Source of the DNA: an uncultured delta proteobacterium
GTDB taxonomy: Bacteria; Desulfobacterota; Desulfobacteria; Desulfobacterales; Desulfosalsimonadaceae
Length of the DNA: 64,000 bases
Assembly: GCA_963826785.1 (NCBI GenBank)
Contig: CAWGYD010000006.1
Location: 416,001 to 480,000, forward strand
Reading direction: 5' to 3'
The notes under the pieces were generated by a model. That model searched no databases. It had not been told where the DNA came from and saw only the letters and a list, made by a program, of their open reading frames with translations. Every line of letters begins with the position of its first letter. Position 1 is the stretch's first letter. Below, piece by piece: positions 63,901-64,000 of this stretch. The position numbers were made by a program, and so were the translations under genes.

Positions 63901-64000
63901 TGTCTTTTCATTGTTTTCGTGTCCCCAATGATTTAGAACCCTTGCCGCTCCATGAAGCCCTGGAGCGATGAATCCAATATAAACGTATAAAGCGAGGTGT

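Overview
A 64-kb, GC-rich, gene-dense chromosomal segment. Gene content and intergenic repeats suggest an anaerobic Desulfobacterota (Desulfobacterales-like) bacterium; this is an inference. Housekeeping genes include gyrB, citrate synthase, rnhA, bacterioferritin, fabH, tRNA-Leu(CAA), aconitase and pcm. There is an ~11-kb acyl-CoA/beta-oxidation cluster (22.1-33.4 kb), a TetR-MacA-MacB-OMF efflux operon, an aldehyde:ferredoxin oxidoreductase with its ferredoxin, two paralogous orphan histidine kinases, and two AT-richer accessory patches (~15.7-18 kb, and ~46.7-49.0 kb abutting the tRNA 3' end with att-like and attC-like relics). I found no CRISPR array, integrase or transposase. The main unexplained structure is a family of intergenic palindromes (GACACCCCCCTGCCCCCCTCAAGGGGGGA arms around an AT-rich spacer), two of which bracket gyrB, and some of which sit inside a longer ~200-250 bp composite element. 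Unusual proteins: a Tpx lacking its resolving Cys but carrying a two-Cys tail, a 2x[4Fe-4S]-CoA ligase fusion, a catalytically degenerate partner acyl-CoA dehydrogenase, a multi-TM LuxR regulator, a DksA/TraR-BON fusion and an insertion-bearing citrate synthase. Six frameshifts are all single-base insertions and are most likely long-read errors. All product calls come from motif recognition by eye, not database searches.
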